Below, piece by piece: positions 36,202 to 46,134 of a stretch of DNA of 64,000 nucleotides. The position numbers and the translations under genes were made by a program. Each line of letters opens with the position of its first letter. Within the stretch, counting starts at the first letter, position 1. Where the stretch lies: positions 15,594 to 79,593 of the forward strand of contig PHAO01000001.1 in assembly GCA_002840365.1 (NCBI GenBank), read 5' to 3'. The notes below the pieces were generated by a model. It ran no database searches. It was not told the DNA's origin and saw only the letters and a program-made list of their open reading frames with translations. This stretch comes from Candidatus Dojkabacteria bacterium HGW-Dojkabacteria-1. Lineage in GTDB: Bacteria; Patescibacteriota; Dojkabacteria; SC72.

Positions 36202-37455
36202 TTAGGCGTCCCAATTTATATCATACTTCTTTTTATCTATCTCCATATCGTATACAAACTTTGCTAAAGATGCTGGAGTTATATCATATATATTTTCGAG
36301 TTCCCCACTATTATCTCTTACACCTCTTAATTGATTTGGAGTGAACATTTCTATCTTTGGTACAACTGTAAAAGGTAAGTATTTTTTCCATGGGAATTCA
36401 AGCATTACCTCCTTAATATCTGGAAGTAGAGCTCCTCCTCCACATAAATATATTTGAGAAGGTAGTATATCCACATCCTCACAGCTTTCAAGGGCAACTT
36501 TAAGTGTTCTCATCCAAAGGTTTGCAGTTGAGTACATTACCTTTTGTACCTGCCTTGAGACTTCTTTTGGTAATTCTTTGTTTGAGTACTTTATCTTCCT
36601 TATCTCTGCATGTCTAAAATCTGTATCTGTTAATTTTGCCAATTCTTTAGTAAATACCCTACCTCCAAATGCAAACATCTGAGTTTCTGCAATATTTCCA
36701 TCTTTTACAATTGCAACATCTGTAGTACCTCCACCGATATCTATAAAAATGGCCGAAAAGGATGGATTCTCTACTCCTGAGTGAGCTCTTGCTACTGCAA
36801 AAGGTTGTGATACTATACTTAACACACTTAAGTTAAGGGTATTTGCTACTTTTCTTAAAGCTTCAGTGTATGTTTTTGGTGCAAATGATGCATAGAAATG
36901 AAGCCTTACATCCCTACCCTTGTAACCAATTAATGTATTTACAGGCATTCCTCCAATTTCCAAACCCGTCGGAGTTATATGTAATATTTCAATATCTTCA
37001 TTTCTTAAGCCTGTTCTTTGACTTAAATCCCCTTTCCCATCTGCTACAATTTGTGCTTTTATCTGTGCAATTATCTTCTCTTGTTCTTTCTTTGTAACTT
37101 CCTTCTCGTGACTTTCTTCTCGTTGATAGTTAACTACTATTGATACTCCCTGTATATATTCTCCTGCGATTCCCATTATTACATTCTTTGGGTATTCTTC
37201 CTCTTTTAATGTACTGAGTAATTCTCCAATGGAGAGATTGCAATTCTCAAGAACTGTATCTAGATTTGTAATGATTCCACTACGCATAGCATGCTGTTGT
37301 TGCAAAATCCTAGATACTCTATTTACATACACACCTCCTTCATCCATTGTGAAAAGTAAACTCTTCACACTTTCGGTACCGATATCTAGTGCTACTACAG
37401 AGTTTTTACCATCTAAAAGGTTTACTTTTGATGTTTTAAAAGGCAGCTTTATCAT
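36202..37455 (-). CDS. FtsA-like actin-fold ATPase
   Basis: VALDIGTESVK, FIDIGGGTTDVA, FGGRVFT, AEIRK, LCGGGALLP. Confidence 0.85.
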   Translation of the reverse strand: MIKLPFKTSKVNLLDGKNSVVALDIGTESVKSLLFTMDEGGVYVNRVSRILQQQHAMRSGIITNLDTVLENCNLSIGELLSTLKEEEYPKNVIMGIAGEYIQGVSIVVNYQREESHEKEVTKKEQEKIIAQIKAQIVADGKGDLSQRTGLRNEDIEILHITPTGLEIGGMPVNTLIGYKGRDVRLHFYASFAPKTYTEALRKVANTLNLSVLSIVSQPFAVARAHSGVENPSFSAIFIDIGGGTTDVAIVKDGNIAETQMFAFGGRVFTKELAKLTDTDFRHAEIRKIKYSNKELPKEVSRQVQKVMYSTANLWMRTLKVALESCEDVDILPSQIYLCGGGALLPDIKEVMLEFPWKKYLPFTVVPKIEMFTPNQLRGVRDNSGELENIYDITPASLAKFVYDMEIDKKKYDINWDA

Positions 37456-37501
37456 CTTAAGGAATTATATCATATGACAATACAGAAAGAAGTTTATTTC
37501 T

Positions 37502-39199
37502 CTATATTGTTACAACAAGTATGATGGGTTCTCTTTCAGTTTTCTTGTATATATGTTTACTGAGTGTTTTCTCTATGTTTTCTTTAAGTTCTTTTATTTC
37601 AAACTTGTTCTTCTTCTTTGAGAATCTTATCCAATCTCTATGAATGTCATATATCATTGTTTGTATTTCATTGAGAAGTTCTTGGGAAGCTTTCATATAT
37701 ATGAAACCTCTTGATACAAACTGAGGTCTACTAATTATGGCTTTATTTTTCTTACTTAAATTCAAAACTACAACAAACATTCCATATTCTGCAAGTTGTT
37801 GCCTATCTTTTAATACAATATCTCCTGTGTCTCCTACTCCTAAGCCGTCGATTAATATTGGCTTTGACTCTATTGGCTTCGATTTAATCCAGTTTCTTCC
37901 ATTGAAAGTCCAAATTTGTCCATCTCCTGTAAGTAGAACATCTTCATCTCTCATACCCCACTCTACATAGTTTTTCTTGTTGAAATATCTAAATGTTAAA
38001 GGCCCGTGTATTGGCATTACCTCTTTCGGTTGAACAAGATCATACATGATTTTCATATCCTCTTGATTACCATGGCCTGTTGAATGTATTTTAGTTTCAA
38101 TACTGTCCTTTACTAAATCTGCCCCCAAACTTATTAATCTATCAGTCATTTTCTCTATGCTTGAGATATTTTCGGGTATCTCTGAAGAAGACATTATTAC
38201 TAAGTCTCCTTTCTTTATCTTTATATATTTATGCTCATTAAGTGATATCCTATTAAGTGCTGCGAATCTTTCACCTTGACTACCAGTTGAAAGAATCATT
38301 AGTTGGTTATCTTTGTATTTTGGAATATCCCTTTCCTTAATTATTAAACCTTCTGGGATTTTAATATACCTTTGGGCATGAGCAATAGATATGGATTGTT
38401 CTAAGCTCCTACCAGAGATTACAATCTTTCTGTTTGTTCTTTTTGCTATCTCAAAAAGAGAGTGTAATCTTGTTAACAGAGATGAGAATGCTGCAACGAT
38501 GACTCTACCCTCTACTCCATTTATTACTCTCTCCAAGTTCTTAAAAACCTCTGTTTCTGAGGGGGCTTTGCCAGGTTTACTTGCATTAGTACTTTCCATT
38601 AATGCAAGATCAATTTTCCCTCTAAGAGATTTTAATTTTGCATAGTCAGCTTCTAATTCACTTGTTGGTTGGGTATCTATTTTGTAATCTCCAGAGAAAA
38701 ACACATTACCCTTGGGGGTTTCTACAAAAATTGAGAATGCATCTGGAATACTATGGTTTATACCTATAAAGGTGGCTTTAAAATTTCTACCTAAGTTAAT
38801 TTTTGTATGTCTTGTAACACCGAAAACTTTAGTTTTACTCTTCAAGTTATGTTCCTCTAGCTTTGCTTCGATTAATGCTTTCGCAAAAGCTCCTGCATAT
38901 ATTGGGGGGAAATCTAGAGCTGGAAGTAACCATCTCAAAGCCCCTGTGTGATCTAGGTGGCCATGTGTTATAAAGATACCTTTTACCTTATGTTTGTTTT
39001 TCGTTAAGTATTTAAAGTTTGGTATTAGGTAATCTATTCCGTACATTTCTTGCCCTGGGAATGAATATCCTGCATCTACAACAACTATTTCATCTCCATA
39101 TTCTAAAAAATTACAGTTTCGTCCGACTTCTTCCGTTCCTGACAGTGTACAAAGTTTTAATTCTTTGTCTCTAAAAAATTTGTTTTTAATATTATTCAT
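37502..39199 (-). CDS. rnj: Ribonuclease J
   Basis: EVGRNC, THGHLDHTG, HSIPD, GDYKID, ESTNA, TGSQGE, HSTGHG, MPIHG. Start at ATG 39199. Confidence 0.96.
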   Translation of the reverse strand: MNNIKNKFFRDKELKLCTLSGTEEVGRNCNFLEYGDEIVVVDAGYSFPGQEMYGIDYLIPNFKYLTKNKHKVKGIFITHGHLDHTGALRWLLPALDFPPIYAGAFAKALIEAKLEEHNLKSKTKVFGVTRHTKINLGRNFKATFIGINHSIPDAFSIFVETPKGNVFFSGDYKIDTQPTSELEADYAKLKSLRGKIDLALMESTNASKPGKAPSETEVFKNLERVINGVEGRVIVAAFSSLLTRLHSLFEIAKRTNRKIVISGRSLEQSISIAHAQRYIKIPEGLIIKERDIPKYKDNQLMILSTGSQGERFAALNRISLNEHKYIKIKKGDLVIMSSSEIPENISSIEKMTDRLISLGADLVKDSIETKIHSTGHGNQEDMKIMYDLVQPKEVMPIHGPLTFRYFNKKNYVEWGMRDEDVLLTGDGQIWTFNGRNWIKSKPIESKPILIDGLGVGDTGDIVLKDRQQLAEYGMFVVVLNLSKKNKAIISRPQFVSRGFIYMKASQELLNEIQTMIYDIHRDWIRFSKKKNKFEIKELKENIEKTLSKHIYKKTEREPIILVVTI

Positions 39200-39252
39200 G
39201 CCAATGATTATATCATACCATCTGAAAAACAGCTTTCTGAAAAGAAAAATTG

Positions 39253-39463
39253 TGGTATAATGGGGGGTCGTTAATACAAGAGTAGTCACCTTGGAGACAT
39301 TGGGAAGAAATCTTTAAGAAATTAGAACCCACAGAGACCTTACTGTAAAGAAGGTTAATGAGCTCAATATTAATATATTGAGGAAGTAAGGTGGTAACGC
39401 GATATTCGCCCTTACATTAGAGTGTATCTATGGTACGATATATTCTAGTGTGAGGGCCTTTTT
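39253..39463 (+). promoter_or_regulatory. T-box riboswitch leader of valS with promoter and terminator
   Basis: TGGTATAAT at 39253; antiterminator GTAAGG-TGGTAAC-GCG-ATATT-CGC-CCTTAC (39386-39415); competing terminator 39408-39457 plus T run. Confidence 0.85.
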
Positions 39464-39482
39464 AATATATATACTTAAGTGT

Positions 39483-41759
39483 ATGAAAAAAGAAATACCT
39501 AAAGCTTTTGATTCGAATTCAAAGGAAAAAGAAATATACAAAATTTGGGAAAATTCAGGCTTATGCAGACCAGAGGGAATAGAAGAGCTGCTTAAACAAA
39601 ATGGTTTGAAGATAAAGAGTCCTTTTACAATTGTTCTTCCTCCTCCCAATGCTAATGCTAATTTACATATAGGGCATATGTGTGGGTATTCTTTCCAAGA
39701 TGCTATGGGTAGATATCAAAGAATGACAGGCCATCCTACTCTACTCTTGCCGGGTAAAGATCACGCAGGTATTCAAACAGAGACTTCTTTTACAAAGGTC
39801 TTGAAAGAGAAAGGTATAGACAAGTGGGAAATGGGAAAAGAAGAGTTTTACAAACAGTGCTATGCATTCTCAATGGGAAATGCTTCAAACGCAAGAGAAC
39901 AGGAAAAGAATATCGGTTTAAGTGCAGATTATACAAGGGAATTGTTTACTCTAGATCCTAAATTAACAAAGATTGTCTATGATACCTTTTATAAAATGTA
40001 CAAAGAAGGGTTAATTTACAGAGACAAAAGGATAATAAATCAGTGCCCTAATTGTAAAACTGCCCTTGCAGATATCGATACAGAACATGAAGAAAGGAGA
40101 GGTATTTTTGCATATATTGTTTATCCCTTTGTTGAGGAGGAAGATAGGAAGAGAGCTAAAGAAAAGTTTGGAGTTGAAGGTATTACTGTTGCAACTACTA
40201 GACCAGAGACTATGCTTGGTGATAGTGCAGTTGCTGTTAATCCTCAAGATACAAGATACAAAGAGTTTGTTGGTAAGAAAGTCCTACTCCCTATCGCAAA
40301 TAGGGAAATACCAATAATTGCTGATTCTGATATAGATATTGAACTTGGAACAGGTGCTCTGAAAGTTACACCAGCCCATTCTCCTGTTGATTTTGAAATT
40401 GGTAAAAAGCATGGCCTTGAAATTATCAATGTTATTAATGAAGAGGGAAAAATGACTGGTAGTATACCTGAAAGATTCTTAGGTATGGAAACAGTAGAGT
40501 GCTCAAAAGCTTTAGTTAAGGAATTAAGTGAAAAGGGTTTGTTGATAAAGATTGAGAATATTAAACATGAGATAAGTATTTGTGAAAGATGCAGAACAGC
40601 TATAGAACCCATTATCTCCAACCAATGGTATGTTGATGTTAATCCTTTAGCTAAAAAGGCCTTAGAAGTACTAAAGCAAGGAGAAACGACAGTTATACCT
40701 TCTGGTCAGCAAAAGGCATTAGAACACTTCTTTAACAATATCCAACCATGGTGTATATCAAGACAGCTTTGGTGGGGTCAAAGAATACCTGTTTGGTATA
40801 GTGGTAGTAAAAAATTGCATGATTGGTTAAGAGAGAATGAAGGAAAGGATATTGCTGAATTTAAAAAGGAGACTGGTGAAGAAGCTCGGGGAACGGGGGA
40901 AATATATCTTGGAGAAAATGCCCCTGATGATTTTGGAATATGGGAAGCTGAAGAAGATATGTTTGATACTTGGTTTAGTTCTGGGCAATGGCCATACTCC
41001 ACTTTGGGAGGTATAGGGGGAGAGGATTACAAAAAATACTATCCTACTCAAGTTATGGAAACAGCTAGGGATATTCTTTTCTGGTGGGTTGCAAGAATGA
41101 TGATGATGGGTATATATACAACAGGAAAGACACCATTTTCTACAGTCTTTCTACATGGCTTAATTCTTGCTGCTGATGGTAGTAAGATGTCAAAGTCTAA
41201 AGGTAATGGTGTTGAACCTACCGAAGTTATTAACAAATATGGAGCAGATGCTCTACGTCTTTGGTACTTTAGTGATGCACTACCAGGGTCTAATGCACCT
41301 GTTAGAGAAGAAAAGATAAAGGGAAATAGGAATTTTGTTAACAAGATATGGAATGCTTCCAGATTTATCTTGATGAATATAGATGAATCAGAATTAGAAA
41401 AAATATCTAATCATGAATTAGATATGTCTTTGTCAAGAATTAAAGAAACTCAAGAGCATACTATAAAGGTATTAAAATATCTTGAGAAATTCCAATTTAA
41501 TCTAGGAGCGGAAGCTATTAGAGAATTCTTTTGGCATCAGCTATGTGATATATGGATAGAGGAAATTAAGGGAGAGATAAAGGATGAGGAAATAGGGTCT
41601 GAGGAAAGAGTTGAGAAACTAAGTGAATTACTTTGGATTCTTAAGAGTAACTTAAAGATTATGCACCCATTTGTTCCTTTCATTACGGAATCAGTCTGGC
41701 AAGAATTAGTAAATCTAGAGCTTGCAGAGGGGATATTAATGGGAGAGCAGATATCATAA
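39483..41759 (+). CDS. valS: Valine--tRNA ligase (no C-terminal coiled-coil arm)
   Basis: PPPN...LHIGH, DHAGIQT, ATTRPETMLGD, GTGALKVTPAH, WCISRQLWWG, DTWFSS, KMSKS. Confidence 0.97.
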   Translation: MKKEIPKAFDSNSKEKEIYKIWENSGLCRPEGIEELLKQNGLKIKSPFTIVLPPPNANANLHIGHMCGYSFQDAMGRYQRMTGHPTLLLPGKDHAGIQTETSFTKVLKEKGIDKWEMGKEEFYKQCYAFSMGNASNAREQEKNIGLSADYTRELFTLDPKLTKIVYDTFYKMYKEGLIYRDKRIINQCPNCKTALADIDTEHEERRGIFAYIVYPFVEEEDRKRAKEKFGVEGITVATTRPETMLGDSAVAVNPQDTRYKEFVGKKVLLPIANREIPIIADSDIDIELGTGALKVTPAHSPVDFEIGKKHGLEIINVINEEGKMTGSIPERFLGMETVECSKALVKELSEKGLLIKIENIKHEISICERCRTAIEPIISNQWYVDVNPLAKKALEVLKQGETTVIPSGQQKALEHFFNNIQPWCISRQLWWGQRIPVWYSGSKKLHDWLRENEGKDIAEFKKETGEEARGTGEIYLGENAPDDFGIWEAEEDMFDTWFSSGQWPYSTLGGIGGEDYKKYYPTQVMETARDILFWWVARMMMMGIYTTGKTPFSTVFLHGLILAADGSKMSKSKGNGVEPTEVINKYGADALRLWYFSDALPGSNAPVREEKIKGNRNFVNKIWNASRFILMNIDESELEKISNHELDMSLSRIKETQEHTIKVLKYLEKFQFNLGAEAIREFFWHQLCDIWIEEIKGEIKDEEIGSEERVEKLSELLWILKSNLKIMHPFVPFITESVWQELVNLELAEGILMGEQIS

Positions 41760-41769
41760 AGGGAATGAG

Positions 41770-41864
41770 GATGGAGAGAGTCCGCGATATTGAAATCGTG
41801 ATGTATGGACTCTCTCCATCAGGTTGAGAAGCTAAGCTTTTCAACCTAGAGTGGATCACCTCCT
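41770..41864 (+). other. Two adjacent hairpins followed by an anti-SD-like sequence; unassigned structured element
   Basis: 14-bp perfect stem 41770-41783/41807-41820; 12-bp stem 41821-41847; TGGATCACCTCCT at 41852-41864. Confidence 0.65.
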
Positions 41865-41865
41865 C

Positions 41866-41985
41866 TCAGTGGCCTTTCTTGCCATTTGTCTCCCTTGTGG
41901 GTTTCTGTTTCTTCTTTTCCTCCTCTTTCGAGGCTAAAGAAGATAACTTTGCCTTACCCTTTTCAGGATACGAAGAACTGGACAT
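41866..41985 (-). CDS. Putative 39-aa basic small protein
   Basis: AAAAGGAGGT-GGATT-ATG; MSSSSYPEKGKAKLSSLASKEEEKKKQKPTRETNGKKGH. Supported only by the strong SD. Confidence 0.4.
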   Translation of the reverse strand: MSSSSYPEKGKAKLSSLASKEEEKKKQKPTRETNGKKGH

Positions 41986-42122
41986 AATCCACCTCCTTTT
42001 CTACTTTTATCAAAAAGATTTTATTTTGAAAACTGACAATTAACACGTCTTATAGTTTTAGTTATAAACGTTCAAGTTATGGTTAGTTCTAATAACCACG
42101 ATTTAGTTATATAATACTCACT

Positions 42123-43568
42123 ATGAACAACAAAAAACTGTATATTACAACAACACTCCCCTATGTAAATGCTGAACCACATATCGGTCATGCCTTGGAA
42201 TTTGTTCAGGCAGACGCCATCTCAAGATATTTTAAATCCAAACTTGGAAAAGAAAATGTATTCTTCAATGTTGGTACCGATGAGCATGGTCAAAAAATGT
42301 TTAAAAAGGCACAAGAGGAGGGTTTAGAAATACAGGAGTTTGTTAATAAATACGCTCAAAGATTCAAAGATTTCTGTAAATTGTTCTTTGTTGATTATGA
42401 TTTCTTCTATAGAACTTCAGATGAAAATCATCATAAAGCAGCTCAAGAATTTTGGAAAAGATGTAAAGAAAAGGGAGATATATACAAAAAAAGATATAGT
42501 GGTAAATATTGTGTCGGTTGTGAAAGATATATTACAGAAAAAGAGCTAGTTGATGGAAAGTGTCCTGACCATGGAACTGAGCCAGAAGAGAAGGATGAAG
42601 AGAACTATTTCTTTAAGCTTACTAATTACAAAGACCATCTATTAAAGTGGTTGGATTCTAATCCAGAAGTTTTAAAACCTAAACAGAAGAGAGAGGAATT
42701 AAAAAGAATTATAGAGGAAATTGAGGATATAAGTATATCAAGATTAAGAGAGAATCTTCCTTGGGGAATTGAAGTTCCAGATGACCCTGAACAGGTTTTC
42801 TATGTATGGTTTGATGCATTAACTAACTATGTTAATGTTATTGGTTTTGGAACAGATGAAGAAAAATTAAATGAATGGTGGCCAGGAATACAGCTCTTTG
42901 GTCCTGATAACTTGAGATTTCAAGGAGTTATATGGCAAGGAATGTTGGCTTCTGTTGGATTAGATCACAGTCAGAAGCTTCTAGAGCATGGTATGGTACT
43001 TGGTCCTGATGGTACTAAGATGGCAAAAACAAAAGGTAATGTAATCTCTCCGTTTGATCAGGAAGAGAAGTTTGGAGCAGAAATTGTAAGATTCTATCTT
43101 CTTGTTGGTATCCCAACATTTTCAGATTCCGCTTACAAAGAAGATGATTTAATAAATATGTATAATTCAAGATTGGCTAATAATTTTGGTAATCTGCTTA
43201 ACAGGGTAATCCATTTAGCCCAAAGCAAGGGGGTAGAGATTAACAAAGAGGAATTGGTTGAACAAGATTTTAAGAGAAAGGTTGATTCTATGAGAGAAGA
43301 GATAGAATCATATTACAATGATTATGAGATAGCTTTAGCTGCAGGAAAGATAGATGAATTAGCTGATTGGGGGAATAAATATATAACTGAGAAGGAGCCA
43401 TGGAGTAAAGAATTAGATTTTGATACTTGTCAAAATATCCTTAACAATCTTGGCTATCTCCTAAAAACCGTAATAGAACTATATTCTCCTATTGTTCCAG
43501 AGAGTTGTAGTAAAGCTAAAATAGCTCTTGAGAGAAATGAAAAGATTATTCTTTTCAACAAGATATAG
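42123..43568 (+). CDS. metG: Methionine--tRNA ligase (short form)
   Basis: YVNAEPHIGHA, GTDEHGQK, CVGC...CPDH, YVWFDALTNY, KMAKT (KMSKS site). Confidence 0.96.
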   Translation: MNNKKLYITTTLPYVNAEPHIGHALEFVQADAISRYFKSKLGKENVFFNVGTDEHGQKMFKKAQEEGLEIQEFVNKYAQRFKDFCKLFFVDYDFFYRTSDENHHKAAQEFWKRCKEKGDIYKKRYSGKYCVGCERYITEKELVDGKCPDHGTEPEEKDEENYFFKLTNYKDHLLKWLDSNPEVLKPKQKREELKRIIEEIEDISISRLRENLPWGIEVPDDPEQVFYVWFDALTNYVNVIGFGTDEEKLNEWWPGIQLFGPDNLRFQGVIWQGMLASVGLDHSQKLLEHGMVLGPDGTKMAKTKGNVISPFDQEEKFGAEIVRFYLLVGIPTFSDSAYKEDDLINMYNSRLANNFGNLLNRVIHLAQSKGVEINKEELVEQDFKRKVDSMREEIESYYNDYEIALAAGKIDELADWGNKYITEKEPWSKELDFDTCQNILNNLGYLLKTVIELYSPIVPESCSKAKIALERNEKIILFNKI

Positions 43569-43607
43569 TTGCTATATACTATAGTTAGTAAAAGTAAACA
43601 CTGCCCA

Positions 43608-44165
43608 ATGTTTAAAAAATATGTAGAACCAAAATCTATTAACTTCCTAGAGCCTGTTAATCAGGAATCTGATATGCTTGCAGGTGCCTTTACTTGGGTT
43701 GCAACTGCAGGAAAGAACCTTCTCATTATAGTTGAAATTGTTGTTCTTGCTGCTTTCTTTGCAAGATTTATTATGGATGGTAGGAACAATGATTTAACTG
43801 ATAAGATAAATGAACAGGTAATTGTCTTGGAGAATGACACCTGGAGACAGAGTGCTATTAGGTATGATAATTTACAAAATTTGTTTTTTGATATTAATAA
43901 TCTGGAGAAAGGTCAACAACTCAACTCAAGTGCTATCTCAGAAATATTAAGTAATATTCCAATGACATTAAATGTACAGACTTTCTCTTTCAATGGTTCG
44001 AGAGTTAGTCTTGCTTTGACAACACCAAACTTTGCAGCTCTTAAGAGTTATGAGGATTCGTTGAAAAACAATACATACTACTCGGATGTAAGATTCAATA
44101 TTAATAAATCTGGAGATGAATTGGAGGTAAATGTAACCTTTATACTTAATGATACAAAATTATAA
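43608..44165 (+). CDS. PilN-like type IV pilus alignment protein
   Basis: INFL motif, TM, coiled coil, ferredoxin-like C-domain. Start at ATG 43608. Confidence 0.7.
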   Translation: MFKKYVEPKSINFLEPVNQESDMLAGAFTWVATAGKNLLIIVEIVVLAAFFARFIMDGRNNDLTDKINEQVIVLENDTWRQSAIRYDNLQNLFFDINNLEKGQQLNSSAISEILSNIPMTLNVQTFSFNGSRVSLALTTPNFAALKSYEDSLKNNTYYSDVRFNINKSGDELEVNVTFILNDTKL

Positions 44166-44167
44166 TT

Positions 44168-44776
44168 ATGGCAGATAGCAAGAGGGTAGAATTTGTAAGA
44201 TTAATTAAAGAGGCTCCATCTAAACAGGTGGAGAATGTTTTTATCGGTTTAACATATGTTCTTGCTATTTTACTTCTTGTTTTTGCAATAGTTCCAACTA
44301 TTAATACTATTTTTCAAATAAATAGGGAGATACAGGAAAAACAGACTGTGTACAATGCTTTGGAAAACAAAATAATAGCTCTTTCAAGTTTAGATGAGCA
44401 ATACAATGAAAATAGTGAAAAATTTAAAGATTTAACTCTACTCTATCCAACCTCTGGAAATTTTAGCCTATTCCTTTCGAATATTGATGCGGTTGTAGCT
44501 AGAAATAATTTTGTATTAGATGCTATTTCTTTTTCTGAATATGATAGGGATACTTTCCAGATAAACACTTCGGCTATTAAACCATGGTCTGTAAGAATAG
44601 CGGTCAGTGGTAAGAAGGTTTACCTTGTTACGTTCCTTAGAGAACTTGAAGCCATGCCGATGTTTCCTGTAATTGAGAGTTTAGCATACGGAACAGATGT
44701 AGATGATGAAGGAAATACGAAATATTCTATTACTTTGAGAATATATCATGTAGAAAATCCTAAGTTTTATGAATAG
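44168..44776 (+). CDS. PilO-like type IV pilus alignment protein
   Basis: TM, coiled coil, SG...FLRELE pattern; follows the PilN-like gene. Confidence 0.72.
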   Translation: MADSKRVEFVRLIKEAPSKQVENVFIGLTYVLAILLLVFAIVPTINTIFQINREIQEKQTVYNALENKIIALSSLDEQYNENSEKFKDLTLLYPTSGNFSLFLSNIDAVVARNNFVLDAISFSEYDRDTFQINTSAIKPWSVRIAVSGKKVYLVTFLRELEAMPMFPVIESLAYGTDVDDEGNTKYSITLRIYHVENPKFYE

Positions 44777-44781
44777 ATAAT

Positions 44782-45024
44782 ATGGAAGTTGTAAAGAAAT
44801 ATATAGTAGGAATAGTGTTACTTTTGGTCATTGTAATAATATGGCTTGGTCTTCTTTTTCTCTCTGACACAATTTTTTCAACCGTTAATCCTAAGGCTGA
44901 CTCATATGTTAAACCAATAAATAAGGAATTTGATATGGAAATGTTAGAGAAAGTCTCTGAAAGAACAGAGAGTAGCTTCCCTGTAACCCCTTCGGAATTC
45001 TTTGATTTAACAAACGAAGATTAA
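44782..45024 (+). CDS. Small single-TM protein at the PilP position
   Basis: 80 aa with N-terminal TM; operonic with the pilN/pilO-like genes. Confidence 0.6.
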   Translation: MEVVKKYIVGIVLLLVIVIIWLGLLFLSDTIFSTVNPKADSYVKPINKEFDMEMLEKVSERTESSFPVTPSEFFDLTNED

Positions 45025-46109
45025 AGATTTATATAATCATCAAGTTTTTTCTCTGAAGATTTGTCTTTAAGTTTCTTTAAAGCTTTTGCTTCAATTTGTC
45101 TAATTCTTTCCCTTGTTACTCCAAATTCTCTTCCAACTTCTTCTAAAGTTCTTGTAACTCCATCATCTAGACCAAATCTCAAAGAAAGAACCCTTCTTTC
45201 TCTATCTTGCAAAGAATCTAATATATCTCTTAGTTGATTCTTAAGATATTCTGAAGTTGCAAAATCCTCTGGGCTTTGTGACCATTCATCTGGGAGGATA
45301 TCTTGTAATTTACTGTCCTTTTCGTCTCCTATTGGTGTTGCAAGAGAGGATGGATTCTGTTTAATCTTCCTAATCTCTGCGACCTTGTCTAGTTCAATAT
45401 CCATTTCTTTTGCAATTTCCTCATCACTTGGTTGTCTTCCCAGTTTAGTAGTTAAAATACTGTTTACTTTATTAAATTTGTTTATTGTCTCTATCATGTG
45501 TACTGGTACACGAATAGTTCTTGCTTGATCGGCTATTGCTCTTGTTATGGCCTGTCTAATCCACCATGTAGCATATGTAGAGAATTTAAAACCTTTGTGG
45601 TAATCAAATTTTTCAACAGCTCTCATTAAACCTATATTACCCTCTTGGATTAAGTCTAGAAGTTCTAAACCACTCTTGCTGTATTTTTTTGCAATACTTA
45701 CTACCAACCTTAAGTTTGCTGTAATGAGTAATTGGCCTGCTTCCTTATCTCCATTCTCAATTCTTTTAGCAAGTATAACTTCTTCTTCTCCTGTAAGAAG
45801 AGGAATCTTTCCTATTTCATACAGGTATGATCTAATTGCATCTGTTGAAATAGTGGATTGAATTGTCTTAAGTATTCTAATTTTCTTTTCTAATGTAAGT
45901 TCTTCTGCACTCTTCACTTGATCTTCTTCTGGTTCTAATACCTCAATATCATTCTCTTGTAGTTCTTTGAATATTTCATCTAGAAGAACAACATCTTCTT
46001 CTATTGTTGGAAATACTTCTAAAATATCTTCCTGACTGAGAAACCCCTGTTCCTTACCTTTAATAATTAATTCTTTTATATTGATAGCCTTTTGAGAAAG
46101 TTTTGCCAT
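45021..46109 (-). CDS. rpoD: Primary sigma factor RpoD/SigA
   Basis: Region 1.1; [56 protein letters not shown]...TRERIRQIE. Confidence 0.98.
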   Translation of the reverse strand: MAKLSQKAINIKELIIKGKEQGFLSQEDILEVFPTIEEDVVLLDEIFKELQENDIEVLEPEEDQVKSAEELTLEKKIRILKTIQSTISTDAIRSYLYEIGKIPLLTGEEEVILAKRIENGDKEAGQLLITANLRLVVSIAKKYSKSGLELLDLIQEGNIGLMRAVEKFDYHKGFKFSTYATWWIRQAITRAIADQARTIRVPVHMIETINKFNKVNSILTTKLGRQPSDEEIAKEMDIELDKVAEIRKIKQNPSSLATPIGDEKDSKLQDILPDEWSQSPEDFATSEYLKNQLRDILDSLQDRERRVLSLRFGLDDGVTRTLEEVGREFGVTRERIRQIEAKALKKLKDKSSEKKLDDYINL

Positions 46110-46134
46110 TTATATATATGGTATAATTTAATAT

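Noticed and set aside
41770-41870. 16S rRNA gene fragment
   Set aside because: Only the 13-nt tail matches; the preceding hairpin lacks the h45 GGAA loop and no other rRNA sequence is present.
41760-42122. T-box or SAM riboswitch for metG
   Set aside because: No GGTGG-ACC/AAC-GCG T-box or recognisable S-box core; metG has its own -10 box 7 nt before the ATG.
43010-43040. MetRS inactivation because KMSKS reads KMAKT
   Set aside because: The catalytic lysine is retained and all other motifs are intact; a tolerated variant.
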